Source of the DNA: Macrostomum hystrix
Lineage: Eukaryota > Animalia > Platyhelminthes
Assembly: GCA_950097015.1 (NCBI GenBank)
Contig: CATNEN010000039.1
Coordinates: 14,198,001 to 14,262,000 of the forward strand
Length of the DNA stretch: 64,000 nucleotides
Direction of reading: 5' to 3'
Position 1 is the stretch's first letter; each line of letters opens with the position of its first letter. Below the pieces are notes generated by a model. It was not told the origin of the DNA. It did not search any database and saw only the letters and a program-made list of their open reading frames with translations. Below, piece after piece: positions 59,645 through 64,000 of the stretch. A program made the position numbers and the translations under genes.

Positions 59645-61471
59645 TGAGATATGTTTGCCAATAATATATATCTAGTTACGCGTTTCATATGCATACTCCT
59701 CTAAAAATCAGCACAAACATTAGTATAAAATGATTTAGGACCATATACTGATGCATTTCTTGTAACTCGCAATATATCTGTTGCGTGAAGCTTTAAGTCT
59801 AAAATAAATCAAACTAATGATGCGTTGGGCTTTATTGTAAGTTCTTTAAAAAGTCTGCAGTCATATTCAACACTGGTGTCAATCCTAACTGAACATTGTA
59901 CTTAGCATCTGTCTCTTATGATCGTTATTCTTGTGGCGTTTGCACATTCTAAATAAATAAATTAGTGTAATGATTCTTAAGCGTGCCGCGGGTATAATGG
60001 CAGTTCTTTGAATTAAAAAAAATGATAACCGCTTATGTTTTTTATGGCGTCATTCATTTAAGTTTTAAAAAATTCGCCGATCTTTGTGGTCGACTGTGAT
60101 AGCTATTCTTTTGATTGTCCTGCTTCTACACTTAAGCGAAAGGAAGTTTAGGTAATTCAGGTTTTTTATTTCTCATCAGCCCATGTCAAACCCGAGCACG
60201 AGGGTCCGATGATGAGTCATCGGACCCCTCAAAACGCCAACTCCTCAGTTTTTTCAAATACCCACTACCTACTTCACGATAACTCCCAAACCGAGTGACC
60301 GATTTTCCTGAAAGTCCACCAAATGTATCAGCGTTTTACGATGGGGGTTGGTGGCAGAGCGTGGCCAGACGCGTTTGCCTCTGGCACCAAGGTCCCTAAG
60401 TCCGGTTTCACGGCGAAGCCACATTTATTTGGGGCGCAGCCGCGGAGAGAAGGCTTGGGGGCTTGTCGTGCAATATACGGCATTAAGGGCCAACCTCTAA
60501 GGCACAGTGAAGTGTACACTGCCTGACGATGAGAAATTCAGGGCAGATGTACACACGTGTGAGCGTGTCTGCGTACAGTATGTGTGCGAGTGTACTCAGG
60601 AGTCTAGTGTCACCAAAAAATGTGCCACTGCCCACAGCCCTCGTGCAATTATTATTATCATTAACTTTAACGATGGACCTAGCCGTCAGTCAGTCGTGAG
60701 TCAGTCGTTGAGATGCTCAGCGATTCTTGTCGAAGACACGAAGAGAGAAGTAAAAAGGACAACTAGAATTGCTCCGTACGAGCTCGTATAAACCTCTGTG
60801 GCGATTCCATTTTGATTCAAACACAACAAAAACAATATGATCAATGTATTTCAGATACTATTTGAGCCACGCAGGAAATATTTAAATACTCGTTAATGAT
60901 AATTATACTTTAAATATTTACACATTGCCACACACACTCGAGCGGAATATTTTACGTTTAAAATATTACACGAAAAATTTAATGAACTAAAATAATAAAC
61001 GGGACAATCCGTAAATGCTGTCACAATGTAAGCCTTCAGTTTACTGTAAACAATTTCGTCTGCGGCTTAAACTATGTCTCGAACATAGGACTTGTTTGAC
61101 ATGTTAAGGCTAATAAAAAGTCTATAGCTAATAAATAGTAATAAATAAAGAGATCATAAGACACGGGAGAGATGAGACACAGGAGAGATCATGAGACACG
61201 AAAGTGATGAGACACGGAAGTTATAATTATTATTATTAAAACGCGCACGCCATCTATGGGTGCTGATTTTTTTTCTTTTATAAGACAGTGGAGAGGCGAG
61301 ATAGATGAGAGATTTTTTCACGGGCTGTATCAGGCAGGGCCCAGAAGAGGGCGTTCCTCGAACCGCGCAACATGTAAATGATTTGCTACTGAGTTGTAAT
61401 TCTATAATAAGCAGATTTAAGGACAAGAAAAAATGCTTCTTTATGCATCCTATTTTCCAATGGAAAAGTAT

Positions 61472-63839
61472 TCACTCTCCCTGCAACAATTTGTCTATGG
61501 TTCTTTGCTTGTAGGAATCAAAAATGATGCCTGCACTTCTGCCACCATGAGCTCCAGCTGCTGATGAAGCCGAAGCCGATGCCGCACTGGCAGAGCCCAG
61601 CTGGTACTGATGCTGCTGCTGATGCTGCATCTCAACAAACAGCAGGGTGTCATCGGAATAGACAGAATCAGTGTCGCCGTCTCCCAGATGCAGTCTCGAA
61701 GATTCGTCATCATCGACATTCGCCTCGTCAATCGTCGACGTCTGGGAGACGAAGCTTAGCTCTGAGGTCAGCGCCGGCGGCCGCTTTGCCTGCGCCGCGT
61801 CGTCTCTTGTTGACGACGAGATCTGTGGCGCGTCGACCGTCTGCTGCCGATCATCGTGGGCTGAGGGTCCGTGAGGCGGCTGCTGAGCAAGCCGCGATCG
61901 AGTTTCTTCGATGTCGTGAAGTTGAATGCGCAGACGACGCAGCTCTTCTGCCTGGTCGCTGACCTGCGTGGAAAGTTCGACTATGAGCGATCTGTTGGCG
62001 CTACTCGCGGCCGCGACATCTTCGGCTGTGCTTTGTCCTGCGGCTGGCGGACGAGGACTGGTCACTGACACCAGGGCGGTCTCTGATAGGCCCACTCTCT
62101 CTGCGGATTAGCATTTTATCAGCAATAGACAAACTGGATCATATGTTCTGGTGCTAGAGTTTTCAGCGTAGTTCGGGACATAAAGCTCATTGTAGCGGAT
62201 TGCCGAGTTGGTTGCGCTAACGAGTTCGAGTTTATTTAAGTTCGCAAAAAGGTGTGAGGGGCTCTGTGCCCCAGACTTAGAGCCTTATAAAGGCCAGCGC
62301 GTCTCCCCATGTCTCCAACCCCAGTGAGGATCGCAAACCAATGCGACTGCGCTAGCAGGGGTGACGCATCCGCCCAGACAGTGGTGTGATGTCTGGGGCC
62401 GGCTGTCTGGGGTTGAGAGTAAAATTTTATCAGCAGAACCATGTGCACTGTCACAAATCATTTCGCTGACTCCTGAACTCATGCCCAGTATAGCACACGG
62501 ATACTGTACACACACAGGTGTGTACATCTGCCGCAGGCGTTTCACAAACCCGAATTTATACTACGCCGAAACTTTATTAAGCAGAATTTTTACTGCTGAG
62601 ATAGTAAACTTAACAACTTCGAGTTAGACAACTGAAGATAGCTGACTTTGGGAGTGCAATAATTGATCCTGAAACTTTCAATGGATTCAAATACTGTATT
62701 GTCTTGACGATTTCACAAATTAAGCAGCAGAAACGGACAATTGTTAATTTATTGACAATGGACTAGCTATTCGATGTTGGGAAATCTCCTGTGAAATCTG
62801 TCAGCATGGTTTTTCGACGATTTTTCGGTGAATTAATGGAATTTAATGCTAGCATTTTTGATTTTCGACGTTGTGAAATTTTGCCTTTGTGAATTTTGGT
62901 GTTTATGAAATTTCGGCGTTGTGAAATTTCGGGTTTGTGAAGTTTGCCTGCTTCGACGATGTGAAATTTCGGGTTTGTGAAAAGCACCAACATCTACCCT
63001 GACTTTTTCATCATCAGGTGGTGCGCAACACTCTAACTGTGACTTGGGGGCTGGCCTTTAATTAAATAAACAGCACGAAAAGCCCTCAAGCCCTTCATTC
63101 GCGGCAGCGTCCCAAATAAATGTGCATGCCTCGCGCCGATACCGAGCGAGCCACGGAGTCAAAAGCTGAATTAATGAAATTGGAGAAACTCGCGTCTGGG
63201 TGTTCATATAGTGGCCTAGTTCCACCAGTTGAAGCCCTTGAAGGTCCAGCAGTCCATATAGATTAAGTCAGGTGACCACCGAAGATGGAGACGATGCATG
63301 CAGGTACATTAGGGTGACATGCTGATAAATTTTGAAGGCCTGGCAAGGCCGCACTGAGGCGCAGGTGCTAATCGCGTGTTCAGGGGTGAACGAGCGTATG
63401 AAATACACAAGCGCTTATGGGAAAAATCCGACCTACGACCATAGAACCATTGAATATCTCGACGGTCTGAAGAGCTGGCGACTTGAATCTTTTTTCAGAA
63501 AATGCGCAAAAAAGTTGGCCCGTGTTTTTTAGTTTCGTGTGCTTGCGTTGTTCCGTTCAGGTGCAAAAAAAAGTTGTCAGGAAGTAAAATTCCAAGGAAT
63601 ACATTGTAAATATACTCGTAAAATTGTAAAAATAGCAAATAATATTTTACGAGCTTCCTAGCTACTCGTAACCTGAGCTTCGTAGCACGAGCTAAACAAT
63701 GCTTACCCTTGAGCTGCTTGTTCTCCTGGATGAGCTTGTGCACCTCCTGCCGGAGCTCCATGATGCGAATAGTTGTGGACTGACGCAGCTCGGCCAGTTG
63801 GCCCACTAGTTCCCGCGATTTCTTCTTGTAGCGCGACTT
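61472..63839 (-). CDS. Exons of a host coiled-coil protein gene (63839-63707 and 62100-~61472); 5' part not resolved
   Basis: TTCCAG|AAG...AAG G|GTAAG exon (KSRYKKKSRELVGQLAELRQ...) joins in phase 1 to CCGCAG|AG AGA GTG (ERVGLSE...ELRRLRIQLHDIEE). Confidence 0.6.
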
Positions 63840-63915
63840 CTGGAAGATTTCGACGCATTTTTACGGTGGCTAATATACTCGTAGTCTGGCAAACTTTAGA
63901 AACGTCATTTCGAGA

Positions 63916-64000
63916 CAGTGGCGTAGCCAGGATTTTCGTGTTGGGGAAGCCTCAATTAGGGGCGCCGTTACTTGGCCACTACCACTTCCATGGGGGCGCC
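63916..64000 (+). mobile_element. Possible start of a hAT-like non-autonomous element
   Basis: CAGTGGCGTAGCCAGGATTTT resembles hAT-MITE termini; no partner TIR was found in the window. Confidence 0.3.

Noticed and set aside
60200-60560. Hairpin GGGTCCGATGA-TGAG-TCATCGGACCC and a CTGACGA motif as a possible hammerhead ribozyme
   Set aside because: Could not assemble the hammerhead core with three stems; probably part of an unclassified repeat.

Overview
Eukaryotic DNA from an invertebrate animal; the minisatellite-filled introns suggest a flatworm such as Macrostomum, but this is not verified. The main feature is a complete 15,382-bp Polinton/Maverick (adintovirus-like endogenous virus) at 3034-18415, with 839-bp terminal inverted repeats (TIRs), AGTAGT termini and a CACATT target-site duplication (TSD). 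Its ORFs look intact: rve integrase, protein-primed PolB, adenain-like protease, packaging ATPase, major and minor capsid proteins, a parvovirus-type PLA2, a separate adenovirus pX-like gene, several putative core or membrane proteins, and a spliced HTH-like gene that the ORF track only partly shows. The element sits in one copy of a ~16-kb host tandem duplication (partial unit 308-18902, full units 18903-35572 and 35573-51740), and the other two copies show the empty site. Each full unit carries a disabled GH31 alpha-glucosidase gene and an intact two-exon Ly6/uPAR-like surface-protein gene whose two copies differ mainly by amino-acid changes and one swapped loop. The duplication junction lies inside the TIR of a Tc1/IS630-type transposon. 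Beyond 51.7 kb there are two defective Tc1/IS630-type elements with DD30E spacing, a MITE, a tRNA-derived SINE, a zinc-finger host ORF and exons of a coiled-coil host gene.
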